From an uncultured Bacteroidales bacterium (GTDB taxonomy: Bacteria > Bacteroidota > Bacteroidia > Bacteroidales > ML635J-15): a stretch of DNA of 64,000 bases. Below are positions 18,829 to 27,850 of the stretch, one piece after another. Positions within the stretch are counted from its first letter, which is position 1, and each line of letters begins with the position of its first letter. A model generated the notes under the pieces. That model searched no databases. It was given only the letters and a program-made list of their open reading frames with translations, and was not told where the DNA came from. The position numbers and the translations under genes are program-made. The DNA lies in contig CALJNE010000006.1 in the NCBI GenBank assembly GCA_937982115.1, positions 515 through 64,514 of the forward strand. The letters are read 5' to 3'.

Positions 18829-20670
18829 ATGAAATTGAATAGCGTGCTTTTGATTCTGTTTTTTTCGTTATTTTTTGTTGATTTACAAGCAGATAATATT
18901 GAATTTACAGCCAAAGCACCATCACAAGTTGGCGTGAATCAGAATTTTCAGGTACAGTTTACTGTTAATAAACAAGGAACAAACATACAACCAGGTGATT
19001 ATAGCGGTTTTAAGTTAGTTGGAGGTCCCTCAGTTTCCACAAGTCAGAATATCCAGATTATAAACGGAAACATGACACAGTCCACAACATATACTTATAC
19101 ATATACATTTCAGGCTTTAAATGTTGGCACATTTACAATTGGTCCGGGCAAAATAACCATTGACGGCAAAACCTATAGCTCAAATACTGTAAGAATTGAA
19201 GTTCAAAAAGATCCGGTTCAAAGTCAAAATCCCAGAAGCAACAGAAGAAGCTACGATCCCTGGGCAGACTTTTATAATGACTTTTTCGGACAGCCGCAGC
19301 AAGTACAACCAAAAGAAATCACTGCTGAAGATCTTTTTGCAAGAGTGATTGTTGACAAAACAACTGCATACAAAGGTGAACCAATTGTTGCAACGGTAAA
19401 AATATACACTACGGTAGATTTGATTGGTTTTAATGATATAAAACTACCGACATTTGACGCATTTTATGCCGAAGAAATCGAAAGTCCTGAAAGAATTTAT
19501 TTTACAAAAGAAATTATAAATAACAGAACTTACAATACAGCATTATTAAAAAAGTACATACTTTATCCAAGAGTTACAGGTAATGTAAAAATAGAAAAAG
19601 CTGATTTTGATTGTCAGATACGAGTTTTGACCTCTCAAAATATGTGGTTTGGTAATTATCAAACCGAGAACAAAAAAATTAGCACTCCCGAAATCAACAT
19701 TACAGTAAAACCATTAGCTTCGCCACCATCCACTTTTACAGGAGCTATTGGCAGGTTTGATTTAAAAATCGAAAAATCGGAAGATACCGTAAATGTAAAC
19801 GACGCAATAACATTTAAGTTCATTGTTTCCGGTACGGGAAATTTCAACATGATTGAAACTCCAAAATTAGTTTGGCCTAAAGAGTTTGATGTTTATGATC
19901 CCGTTGTAAACGAAAAAACATCTGTAACTTCAAATGGAGTTACAGGCAGTAAAACTTGGGAATACACTCTAATTCCGCGTTTCCCCGGCAAATACAATCT
20001 GGGAAAATTTAACTTTACATACTACGACCTTAATACTCATCAATATAAAACAATAGAAACAAAAGAAGTAATATTTGCCGTCAGACGTGATAAAAATGAT
20101 ACTAAATTTAATGATAAAAGCTATAATTACTCCCAGAAAGGAATTGAATATATCGGCAACGAAGATATACGCTACATAAAAACCAGGAATTTTAAACTTT
20201 ATAAAACAAACAATCAAATTACTACAACAGGAATATTCCCTTTTTTGTTTATTATTCCTGTAATTATATTTATTGTTGTAATTATTTTGTTAAGAAAGAC
20301 AATAAAAGAGCGTTCTAACATTGTGAAGTTAAAACAAAAAAATGCAGGTAAAGTTTCCAGAAAAAGATTGAAAAAGGCAAGAAAATACTTACAAAGTGGT
20401 GAAAACGAAAAATTCTACAAGGAAATTATCTCCACCCTGTGGGGCTTTGCCGGCGACAGATTAGGTATTCCAGTAGCCGATTTAACAAAAGATAAAATCA
20501 TTAATGTTCTTGAAAGTTTAAATGCCGACAGCGAATTATCCAAAAACTTCATTGATTTAATTGACCTTTGTGAATTTGCACATTTTGCTCCTGTTCAAAC
20601 CGAACAGGATAAACACGAAATTTACAAAAAAGCAGCCGAGATAATTGAAAAATTAAATCAAGTTTTATAA
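18829..20670 (+). CDS. batD: BatD family protein
   Basis: Signal peptide; VGGPSVSTSQNIQIING, repeated Ig-like domains, FTGAIGRF, EDIRYIK, C-terminal TM and CEFAHFAP; followed by BatE. ATG 18829 preferred over the upstream TTG. Confidence 0.9.
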   Translation: MKLNSVLLILFFSLFFVDLQADNIEFTAKAPSQVGVNQNFQVQFTVNKQGTNIQPGDYSGFKLVGGPSVSTSQNIQIINGNMTQSTTYTYTYTFQALNVGTFTIGPGKITIDGKTYSSNTVRIEVQKDPVQSQNPRSNRRSYDPWADFYNDFFGQPQQVQPKEITAEDLFARVIVDKTTAYKGEPIVATVKIYTTVDLIGFNDIKLPTFDAFYAEEIESPERIYFTKEIINNRTYNTALLKKYILYPRVTGNVKIEKADFDCQIRVLTSQNMWFGNYQTENKKISTPEINITVKPLASPPSTFTGAIGRFDLKIEKSEDTVNVNDAITFKFIVSGTGNFNMIETPKLVWPKEFDVYDPVVNEKTSVTSNGVTGSKTWEYTLIPRFPGKYNLGKFNFTYYDLNTHQYKTIETKEVIFAVRRDKNDTKFNDKSYNYSQKGIEYIGNEDIRYIKTRNFKLYKTNNQITTTGIFPFLFIIPVIIFIVVIILLRKTIKERSNIVKLKQKNAGKVSRKRLKKARKYLQSGENEKFYKEIISTLWGFAGDRLGIPVADLTKDKIINVLESLNADSELSKNFIDLIDLCEFAHFAPVQTEQDKHEIYKKAAEIIEKLNQVL

Positions 20671-20681
20671 AAATTTGAGAT

Positions 20682-21449
20682 ATGAAAAAACTTATAATCA
20701 TAATATTAACTTTAAATTTCATCGGAAGTATTACATTATTCGGCAAACCCGATCAAAGAATTAAAATCTTACAGGATTCTGCTTTGAATTACTACATACA
20801 AAGCGATTATGAAAATTCTGTAAGAGTTTATCTCGAAATTTTAAAATACGGATATTACTCTTCTGAATTATATTACAATCTTGGCAACGCATATTACAAA
20901 TCCGGCGATATCGCTTCTGCAATTTATTATTACGAAAAAGCAAAACTTTACAACCCCTCCGATCCCGATGTAAACCATAATCTTAAAATTTCATACTCAC
21001 AAATAAAAAATAAAGTAGAACCTCTGCCCGAAATTTTCTTTATCACCTGGTATAAACAAGTGCTTAATTTGTTTTCTGCAAATACATGGGCTATTTTGAG
21101 TATTGTATTTTTCGTATTGTTGTTAACAGCAATAATAGTTTATCTCTTTGGTAAAACCATAACTCAAAAAAAGATAGGATTTTATTCTGGAATTGTATTT
21201 ATTATACTGTTCTCCTTGTCGCTAACATTTAGCATCAAACAAACTAAAAATATTACAAATAACAATTTTGCAATATTATTCGATCCTGTTATGGTGAAAT
21301 CAAGTCCTCAAGAAGAAGGTACCAATATGTTTGAAATTAACGAAGGGTTAAAAGTTGAAATTTTGGATTCATTAAACAATTGGTATAACATTAAACTTGC
21401 TGACGGAAAACAGGGCTGGATTATAAAAGAAAGTGTAAAAAAATTGTAA
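20682..21449 (+). CDS. batE: BatE family TPR plus SH3b protein
   Basis: LYYNLGNAYYKSGDIASAIYYYEKA TPR, two TM helices, C-terminal SH3b (EGLKVEIL..WYNIKLADGKQGWI). Confidence 0.9.
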   Translation: MKKLIIIILTLNFIGSITLFGKPDQRIKILQDSALNYYIQSDYENSVRVYLEILKYGYYSSELYYNLGNAYYKSGDIASAIYYYEKAKLYNPSDPDVNHNLKISYSQIKNKVEPLPEIFFITWYKQVLNLFSANTWAILSIVFFVLLLTAIIVYLFGKTITQKKIGFYSGIVFIILFSLSLTFSIKQTKNITNNNFAILFDPVMVKSSPQEEGTNMFEINEGLKVEILDSLNNWYNIKLADGKQGWIIKESVKKL

Positions 21450-21520
21450 AATTTCAATTTAAGCACATTTATATTATCAAAAAATTTATTTTTGACATAA
21501 AAAAAAATTATAGAGTTATA

Positions 21521-21943
21521 ATGAAGAAATTTATTCTTTTAATTTTCATTTCAAGTTTTATTTTTAGTTCATGCAATCTTTTGAATAAAAATCTTTGCAG
21601 AAATTATGTTAGCGACGAAGACTACATTCGTAGTTATGCAGAGGCAAAAAGTACCAATCCTCAACTTGCTGCCGAAAAATCATTATTTCAGGCAAAACAA
21701 AATCTATCAAAACTTATTGATGATTATATTCTTGAAAAATACAATCACAAGTTATTTCTCGAGGACCCCGATTACGAGATAAAAATTTCCACCGCACGTA
21801 AAACTATTATAAGCGACATAAATATTGTTTGTAACCGCGATAAATACCGTAAGGGTCTTCATTATAACTATGTTGCTGTAGAAATTTCGAAAAAAGAAAT
21901 TGACACTGAGGTTGAAAAACGTCTAAAAGAAAAAATCAGATAA
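21521..21943 (+). CDS. Hypothetical lipoprotein (LPP20-like)
   Basis: Lipobox FSS-C; 'A.S....A...A...AK..L' pattern recalls LPP20. TATTTTTG -7 box at 21487-21494. Confidence 0.6.
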   Translation: MKKFILLIFISSFIFSSCNLLNKNLCRNYVSDEDYIRSYAEAKSTNPQLAAEKSLFQAKQNLSKLIDDYILEKYNHKLFLEDPDYEIKISTARKTIISDINIVCNRDKYRKGLHYNYVAVEISKKEIDTEVEKRLKEKIR

Positions 21944-22458
21944 TGGACATTGTGCTGATTATACTTGGTTCTATACTGATAATTGCCGGAATTATCGGTT
22001 GTATTCTGCCTGTGCTTCCGGGTCCGCCATTAAGTTTTGCAGGTTTACTTTTACTTCATTTTACGAGTATTGTACATTTTACGACCTTCACTATAATTTT
22101 CACTGCCTTAGCAGCACTTCTAGCAACAATACTTGATTATTTTGTACCAGCCTGGGGAACAAAAAAAGCCGGCGGTACGAAATGGGGCATTCGTGGAAGC
22201 GGGATTGGTGTGATTATAGGATTATTTTTTGCTCCTATCGGAATTTTTGTTTTCCCTTTTTTAGGAGCACTTATTGGCGAACTTTTTTATCATTATCAAA
22301 TTAGGAAAAATGTAAAAGACCCTGATAAATTTTCAAAATCTCTTGTTGCCTCTTTAGGATCTTTTTTAGGATTGATATTTGGAATAGTTCTTAAACTTGC
22401 AGTAAGTTGTTTTATCGCATTTTTATTTATAAAAGAGTTAATATTAGCTTTATTTTAG
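21943..22458 (+). CDS. DUF456 family membrane protein
   Basis: GCILPVLPGPPL, DYFVPAWGTKKAGGTKWG, PFLGALIGE. Confidence 0.9.
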   Translation: MDIVLIILGSILIIAGIIGCILPVLPGPPLSFAGLLLLHFTSIVHFTTFTIIFTALAALLATILDYFVPAWGTKKAGGTKWGIRGSGIGVIIGLFFAPIGIFVFPFLGALIGELFYHYQIRKNVKDPDKFSKSLVASLGSFLGLIFGIVLKLAVSCFIAFLFIKELILALF

Positions 22459-22459
22459 A

Positions 22460-22554
22460 TTAACCACCGGAATCGGTCGGGGACTGAGCGAAGCCGAAGA
22501 CCCCGATGATGGATTCGGCATGAAACGGTGGTTTCGACTTCGCTTAACCACCGG
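22460..22554. repeat. REP/REPIN-like palindromic cluster
   Basis: TCGGGG-ACTGAGCGAAGCCGAAGA-CCCCGA (22477-22506) and oppositely oriented CGGTGGTT-TCGACTTCGCTT-AACCACCG (22526-22553). TTAACCACCGG is directly repeated at 22460 and 22544. GC-rich island between convergent genes. Confidence 0.75.
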
Positions 22555-22731
22555 TGGATTTGAAAGAAAAAATTCAGAATGCGACAGTAACTCGTTGGAC
22601 ATCCTGCAAATTATCTACGATAATTTAGGAGGCTTAGTACTCTGACAGACTTTTTGTTGAGTAGTTTTCAGTTTGTCGTTTTAATGTTTGTGTAGGAGTA
22701 GGTTGTTTGCGTTGTATTATTTCTTGCTCCA

Positions 22732-22766
22732 TGTACTTTGTACCTTTTCCCTTTCTCCTTTCTCCT
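22732..22766. repeat. Degenerate tandem heptamer repeat
   Basis: TGTACTT TGTACCT TTTCCCT TTCTCCT TTCTCCT immediately downstream of the rsmD stop. Confidence 0.55.
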
Positions 22767-22767
22767 T

Positions 22768-23316
22768 CTACCTGTCATCTTCTAAATCAAAAAAGCTGAA
22801 ATTCACGCTTCCATAAGTTTTTTTCATCAAAAAATATTTGTACGAACTAAAATCAATTTCTGCCGGATGTTCAATAATCAGTAGCGACTTATCCGACAAT
22901 AATTCTCTGGTAAAAACCAAATCGTATATTTCCGGTATATTTTCAAGATCGTAAGGAGGGTCAGCGAAAATTAAATCAAATTTTTGTTTTGTTGATTTTA
23001 AATATCGAAAAACATCAGATTTAATGAGTCTGATATTATCGTTAAAACCAAGTTTTTCTATTGTGCTCTGAATAAATTTAGTATGAATAAAATTTTTTTC
23101 AACAGCAATAATACTTTTTGTGCCTCTGCTTGCAAACTCGTAACTTATGCTTCCTGTTCCGCTGAATAAATCGAGTACCGTAATATTTTCGAAGTTAAAA
23201 TAGTTTGCAATCACGTTAAATAATGCTTCTTTTGCAAAATCCGTTGTTGGTCTTGATATAAAATTACCCGGCGGAGCAATGATTTTTCCCCTATATTTTC
23301 CTCCTATTATACGCAT
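22768..23316 (-). CDS. rsmD: 16S rRNA m2G966 methyltransferase RsmD family
   Basis: MRIIGGKYRG, RPTTDFAKEALFN, LDLFSGTGSI, FDLIFADPPY, IIEH, YG..FSFF. Confidence 0.93.
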   Translation of the reverse strand: MRIIGGKYRGKIIAPPGNFISRPTTDFAKEALFNVIANYFNFENITVLDLFSGTGSISYEFASRGTKSIIAVEKNFIHTKFIQSTIEKLGFNDNIRLIKSDVFRYLKSTKQKFDLIFADPPYDLENIPEIYDLVFTRELLSDKSLLIIEHPAEIDFSSYKYFLMKKTYGSVNFSFFDLEDDR

Positions 23317-23322
23317 TTTAAA

Positions 23323-24156
23323 TTATGAATTTAGTATTATCGAAAAATAGTGAGGTAAAATCTCCTGAAAACGATAATAATATTTATATTTTCTACTCAA
23401 TGAAGAGAAATAAATGTTTGCAATAAATTTACGCAGGTTGATAATTGAAATATCAGCAGGATCAATAAAACCGCCAATTTCAACCTGGGTTGTATCGGGT
23501 TTAAGTCGAAGCTGATTAAAAATATTCACAAGATGATACAGAAAATCGTTTGCTGACTTATATTTAAAACTGTTAAACAGTTTAAGTTCGTCATTAAAAA
23601 CAATTACATCGAAAAAATCGGGAGCGATGTTAACAAATATTTTAGAATCAGAAAGGTTTTCGTCGTTACGCAGTTTCAATAAAGAATTTTCGACAAAAAC
23701 AGAGGCATCGCAAGAAATTTTGGCGTTGGGAAAATGATTTTTAAAAAACTCGTATTCGTTTTTTCCAACGGCGTAAATAATCACTGCATCAATAGCATCA
23801 ATTTCGTCGTAAAGAAGAATTTCATCTTCGGTATAAAAATGAGTTAATTTAAAAATGTGAGAAATTTTTTCTTTTTGAAAAATTGATTTTGGAACAATAG
23901 ATTTTTTAAAACCGGAGAAAATAATTTTTGAATTAAAACCTGAATGATTTAATTTATCTTTATCAATTATAGATTTAAAGAAAGCGATATTGTCAAGTTT
24001 AGTTTTAAAATTATTTGAGATTAAACCAATAAATTGATTTTCGTCTTCATTAAATACAGAATAAGAAAGTCCATCCTTATTTATCAGGATGGAAAAGCTT
24101 AATTTTTCAATATCGGGATCAAAAAAATCTTTTGATTTGATTCTGACTTCTTTCAT
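23323..24156 (-). CDS. DUF3822 family protein
   Basis: LSFSILINKDGLSY, SIVPKSIF, LKLFNSFKYKSANDFLYHL; position next to rsmD is usual for this family. Confidence 0.8.
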   Translation of the reverse strand: MKEVRIKSKDFFDPDIEKLSFSILINKDGLSYSVFNEDENQFIGLISNNFKTKLDNIAFFKSIIDKDKLNHSGFNSKIIFSGFKKSIVPKSIFQKEKISHIFKLTHFYTEDEILLYDEIDAIDAVIIYAVGKNEYEFFKNHFPNAKISCDASVFVENSLLKLRNDENLSDSKIFVNIAPDFFDVIVFNDELKLFNSFKYKSANDFLYHLVNIFNQLRLKPDTTQVEIGGFIDPADISIINLRKFIANIYFSSLSRKYKYYYRFQEILPHYFSIILNS

Positions 24157-24163
24157 TTAAAGT

Positions 24164-24781
24164 TTATTCCCAGTTACCGGCATTGTTTGTAGCTTCGGTT
24201 AAAGAGCCAACGCGTAAGCAAGTATCTTTTTTAAGAGCTTTATAGTTAACAATAAGTTGACGGTCCAGACCATCTAAAATATCATCATACAAAACATAAC
24301 ACTGGAAAACTTTCACCCAAACTCCCGAACCGGTGAGAACTGAAGCCGTATCCATTTTAAATTCGACTTTCTTTCCAACAGGAGAAAATCTCATATTTTC
24401 AATTTTGTAATTAACGTGTTTAAACAAAGAGTCCTTAATTGGGACGTAGAATGTATCACGCTGGATAATTCCAAGCTTTAAGGCTTCTTTTTCGGTTAAA
24501 GTATCGGGAACGGTACCAATTGCCTTAATAACTCTGATATTATCATTGTTTATAAAATGAATAAGAGTGTCAAACGAAGGCGTAAAGTATCCGTATCTTT
24601 CCCTGAAAGCGACCTGAGCAGTACGAATATCCTTTAATCTCTGGATAGTAACATCAAATCTGAAAGCTCTTTCTTTTTCAAAATCTATTGGTTTTTGAAT
24701 ACCCGCAACAATAAGATATGCAAGGGTTACAATTACACCTAAAAGAACCACCTTAATAATAATATCAACTGTCTTGTTCAT
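24164..24781 (-). CDS. Conserved Bacteroidota protein with a single N-terminal TM helix (pilin-like motif)
   Basis: N-terminal TM, PIDF..RLKDIRTAQVAFRERYGYFT.SFDTL, C-terminal LRVGSL.EATNNAGNWE. Confidence 0.8.
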   Translation of the reverse strand: MNKTVDIIIKVVLLGVIVTLAYLIVAGIQKPIDFEKERAFRFDVTIQRLKDIRTAQVAFRERYGYFTPSFDTLIHFINNDNIRVIKAIGTVPDTLTEKEALKLGIIQRDTFYVPIKDSLFKHVNYKIENMRFSPVGKKVEFKMDTASVLTGSGVWVKVFQCYVLYDDILDGLDRQLIVNYKALKKDTCLRVGSLTEATNNAGNWE

Positions 24782-24799
24782 TATTAGTAATTTTAATAT

Positions 24800-24817
24800 T
24801 AGTTTTGCACAAAATTA
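24800..24817. promoter_or_regulatory. Two opposed -7 boxes for divergent genes
   Basis: TAGTTTTG on + (24800-24807) and TAATTTTG on - (24810-24817). Confidence 0.5.
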
Positions 24818-24861
24818 AATTATTTTTCAAAATTCAAACAGTTTTTTTACAATTTTATTTT

Positions 24862-26295
24862 ATGTCGGTAAACATTTTTAAGGATATTATAATAAAACAT
24901 ATTGACAACACACCTACAAACAGTCAGCTAAAAGCAATTGATGAAATCTACAATTTTCTAAAAAATAAAGATAAGCAAGGGATATTTGTACTGTACGGAT
25001 ATGCTGGAACAGGCAAAACTACACTGATATCAGCAATTATTGAAGCATTAAGTTATTATAAAACAAGAACTGTTCTTCTTACTCCCACAGGTCGAGCAGC
25101 AAAAGTACTCACAGAATATTCCGGACGTACTGCTTTCACTATTCACAGATATATATACCGCAGAAAAAACAATTCAGATCCGGAAGCAAAATTCACACTT
25201 AACTATAACAAATTAAAGGACACACTTTTTATTGTTGACGAAGCCTCAATGGTAAACAATTTTGAGACTTCGGATAATATTTTCGGAAGCGGCAACTTAT
25301 TGCAAGACCTATTAGATTACGTTTACAATAACGATAACAATTGTAAACTTATGCTTGTGGGCGACAAAGCTCAACTTCCGCCCGTAAACTCCGTTATCAG
25401 TCCGGCTCTCGATATAGAATATTTAGAATCATTAGGATTTAACGTTTTTTCAACCGAACTCACAGAAGTCGTTCGACAGGCTGAAGATTCCGGTATCCTC
25501 TACAATGCCACAAAAATTAGAAATAAAATAAATGATGTTGATCTAAACATTAAAAATATAATTGATTTAGGCTTTAGAGACCTTAATTATATTAATGGTA
25601 GCGAATTGTTAGAAGAAATTGAAAGCTGTTACTCAAAATTCGGACAGGAAGAAACAAAAATTGTATGCAGGTCAAATCACGCTGCTGTAAAATATAATAA
25701 TGGTATAAGAAACAGAATTCTATATCTCGAAGATAATTTATCTCCAGGGGATTTAATAATGGCGGTAAGAAACTCCTACTACTGGCTTCCGGAAAATATG
25801 GAACCGGAATTTATTGCTAATGGAGACATTTTCGAAGTATTAAAAGTTTATAATAAAAAATTCATTTACGGATACAATTTTGCAGACGTAAAAATCAGAT
25901 TTGTTGATTATCCGGATATTGAAGTAGAAGCAAAAGTTCTACTTGACACTCTCGACTCGGAACAACCTTCGTGGGGAAATGATTTTTATAAAAAACTTTT
26001 TCAAACCATGATGGAAGATTTTCAAGATATTAAAGATTTGAAAAAACGAAGACTTAGAATACTTGAAGACCCGTACTTTAATGCAATTCAAATAAAATAT
26101 GCTTATGCTTTTACCTGTCATAAATCCCAAGGAGGACAATGGAAAGCGATATTTATTGATCATGGATATTTAACAGATTTTAGTCCGGACAATCCGGCAA
26201 ATTATGAATTTCTGCGTTGGTTATACACAGCTTTCACCAGAGCCACAGAAAAGTTATACCTCATTAATTTTAACAAAAAACTCTTAGCCGAATAG
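24862..26295 (+). CDS. RecD-like superfamily 1 ATP-dependent DNA helicase
   Basis: GYAGTGKTT, TPTGRAAK, TIHR, IVDEASM, VGDKAQLPPV, EVVRQ, YAFTCHKSQGGQW, WLYTAFTRA. ATG 24862 preferred. Confidence 0.92.
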   Translation: MSVNIFKDIIIKHIDNTPTNSQLKAIDEIYNFLKNKDKQGIFVLYGYAGTGKTTLISAIIEALSYYKTRTVLLTPTGRAAKVLTEYSGRTAFTIHRYIYRRKNNSDPEAKFTLNYNKLKDTLFIVDEASMVNNFETSDNIFGSGNLLQDLLDYVYNNDNNCKLMLVGDKAQLPPVNSVISPALDIEYLESLGFNVFSTELTEVVRQAEDSGILYNATKIRNKINDVDLNIKNIIDLGFRDLNYINGSELLEEIESCYSKFGQEETKIVCRSNHAAVKYNNGIRNRILYLEDNLSPGDLIMAVRNSYYWLPENMEPEFIANGDIFEVLKVYNKKFIYGYNFADVKIRFVDYPDIEVEAKVLLDTLDSEQPSWGNDFYKKLFQTMMEDFQDIKDLKKRRLRILEDPYFNAIQIKYAYAFTCHKSQGGQWKAIFIDHGYLTDFSPDNPANYEFLRWLYTAFTRATEKLYLINFNKKLLAE

Positions 26296-26874
26296 TATCT
26301 TCAAATCAGTTTTAAATTTTTCAATGTCAATTTTATAACCTAATTTTTCAAGTGAAGAAACAAAATCTTTATGCGAACGTTTAGCTCTGTACTCAGGTTC
26401 GCTTTGCGGGTGTTTTAATAATTTCTCAATAAAGTCTGGATTTTCGGAAATATTTAACACTGCATGAAACACAATAAATTCCCTACCATTATACATTGAA
26501 GAGCCTGCAATTTTGTAATCTCCTATACAAATATCGGAAATTCCCTTAATGCTAAGATCATTAACTCCTTGATTTTGCAGTGCTTCAATAATAATTTGAT
26601 TACAATAAACAAAAACTTTTTTAATATTTTTAAAACTCTCGCTTGATATTCTCATGGAAACAATGATTGTTCTGGGAGTCAAAACAACTGCATGACCACC
26701 GCTGGGTCGCTTCAAAATTTCGATATCTTCCGAAATATTATCAACTTTTACCGCTGTTTCCAGTGAATCTCTTTGCCCCAAAACAATGTAAATCTTGTCA
26801 GGTTTCCATATACAAATATCATTTTTGCCGGGTGAAAACAAATAGGTATCAGAAAGATTATATTCTTTTAGCAT
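26284..26874 (-). CDS. Lipoate-protein ligase A family, catalytic domain only
   Basis: VLGQ, KRPSGGHAVV, GISDICIGDYKIAGSS, FHAVL. ATG 26874 avoids overlap with the divergent gene. Confidence 0.8.
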   Translation of the reverse strand: MLKEYNLSDTYLFSPGKNDICIWKPDKIYIVLGQRDSLETAVKVDNISEDIEILKRPSGGHAVVLTPRTIIVSMRISSESFKNIKKVFVYCNQIIIEALQNQGVNDLSIKGISDICIGDYKIAGSSMYNGREFIVFHAVLNISENPDFIEKLLKHPQSEPEYRAKRSHKDFVSSLEKLGYKIDIEKFKTDLKILFG

Positions 26875-26943
26875 TTTTTTTTCGTAAAAATAAGATTTTT
26901 CTGTATGATTTTTGTAATATTGCGAACCAAAATTCATAAAACT

Positions 26944-27378
26944 ATGAAAAGTATGAATAATAAATTAGTAATTTTCGTGTTATTTATGTTTGTTGCATCT
27001 TTAGTTTTTGCACAAAAAGAAGTTGGTGTTTGGAAAACCATTGACGACAACACTAAAAAAGAAAAGTCGCATGTAGAAATTTATATTAAAAACGGTAAGC
27101 TCTATGGGAAAGTAGTGAAAATTCTGGATCCATCCAGAACCGATGCTAAATGTACCGAATGTAAGGGAGATTTATATAATAAGCCAATCGTTGGTATGCA
27201 AATAATAAATGGTTTGGAAAAAAGAAAAGATGATTGGTACAAAAAAGAAGGCATACTTGATCCAGAAAACGGAAAACTTTACGATTGCAAAATTTGGTTA
27301 TCCGATAATAATACTTTACAAGTTAGAGGTTATTTAGGACCATTTTATAGAACTCAAACCTGGTATAGAGTGAAATAA
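26944..27378 (+). CDS. DUF2147 family exported protein
   Basis: Signal peptide; GVWKTIDD, CTEC, ILDPENGKLYDCKIW, LQVRGYLG..RTQTWYR. Start is 26944 or 26953. Confidence 0.9.
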   Translation: MKSMNNKLVIFVLFMFVASLVFAQKEVGVWKTIDDNTKKEKSHVEIYIKNGKLYGKVVKILDPSRTDAKCTECKGDLYNKPIVGMQIINGLEKRKDDWYKKEGILDPENGKLYDCKIWLSDNNTLQVRGYLGPFYRTQTWYRVK

Positions 27379-27381
27379 GAT

Positions 27382-27762
27382 TTATTCTTCATTATAAACC
27401 TCTTCTACTGATTTAAGAATTTCATTCAGTTTAAGAGGTTTTTCAAAAAATTTGGATGCTCCGGACTCAAAAGCCTGCATTTTATTTACAGAAGAAACAT
27501 AAGCCGACTGCATAAATATCTGAATGTTGGGTTTTTTAGTTTTAATAATTTTTGTTGCTTCAATTCCCGACATTCCGGGCAATTTAATATCCATTAAAAC
27601 GGCTTTGTACTTATCACTTTCTGGTGTGTCAAAAAAATTTACAGCATCATTTGCAGTCTCAAAATGTTTATATACAAATCCTTTTAATCTAAAAAACTCT
27701 GACAATAGAAATGCTCCTGTTGGATTATCTTCAATAATAATAAGATGTTTTGATCTATTCAT
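27382..27762 (-). CDS. Stand-alone response regulator receiver domain (CheY-like)
   Basis: IIEDN, VLMDIKLPGMSG, QSAY, FEKP; no output domain. Confidence 0.88.
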   Translation of the reverse strand: MNRSKHLIIIEDNPTGAFLLSEFFRLKGFVYKHFETANDAVNFFDTPESDKYKAVLMDIKLPGMSGIEATKIIKTKKPNIQIFMQSAYVSSVNKMQAFESGASKFFEKPLKLNEILKSVEEVYNEE

Positions 27763-27850
27763 TTTAGGACTACTTCTCAATTAAAAATCGTCCGAATTTA
27801 AGAAAATTGTTTTATAAATCAAAATATTTAAAAATATTTTCACAAAAAAA

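Noticed and set aside
22460-22554. Possible mini-CRISPR array or tRNA
   Set aside because: Units are inverted and of unequal sequence, there is no regular repeat-spacer period, no cas gene, and no cloverleaf or T-loop consensus.
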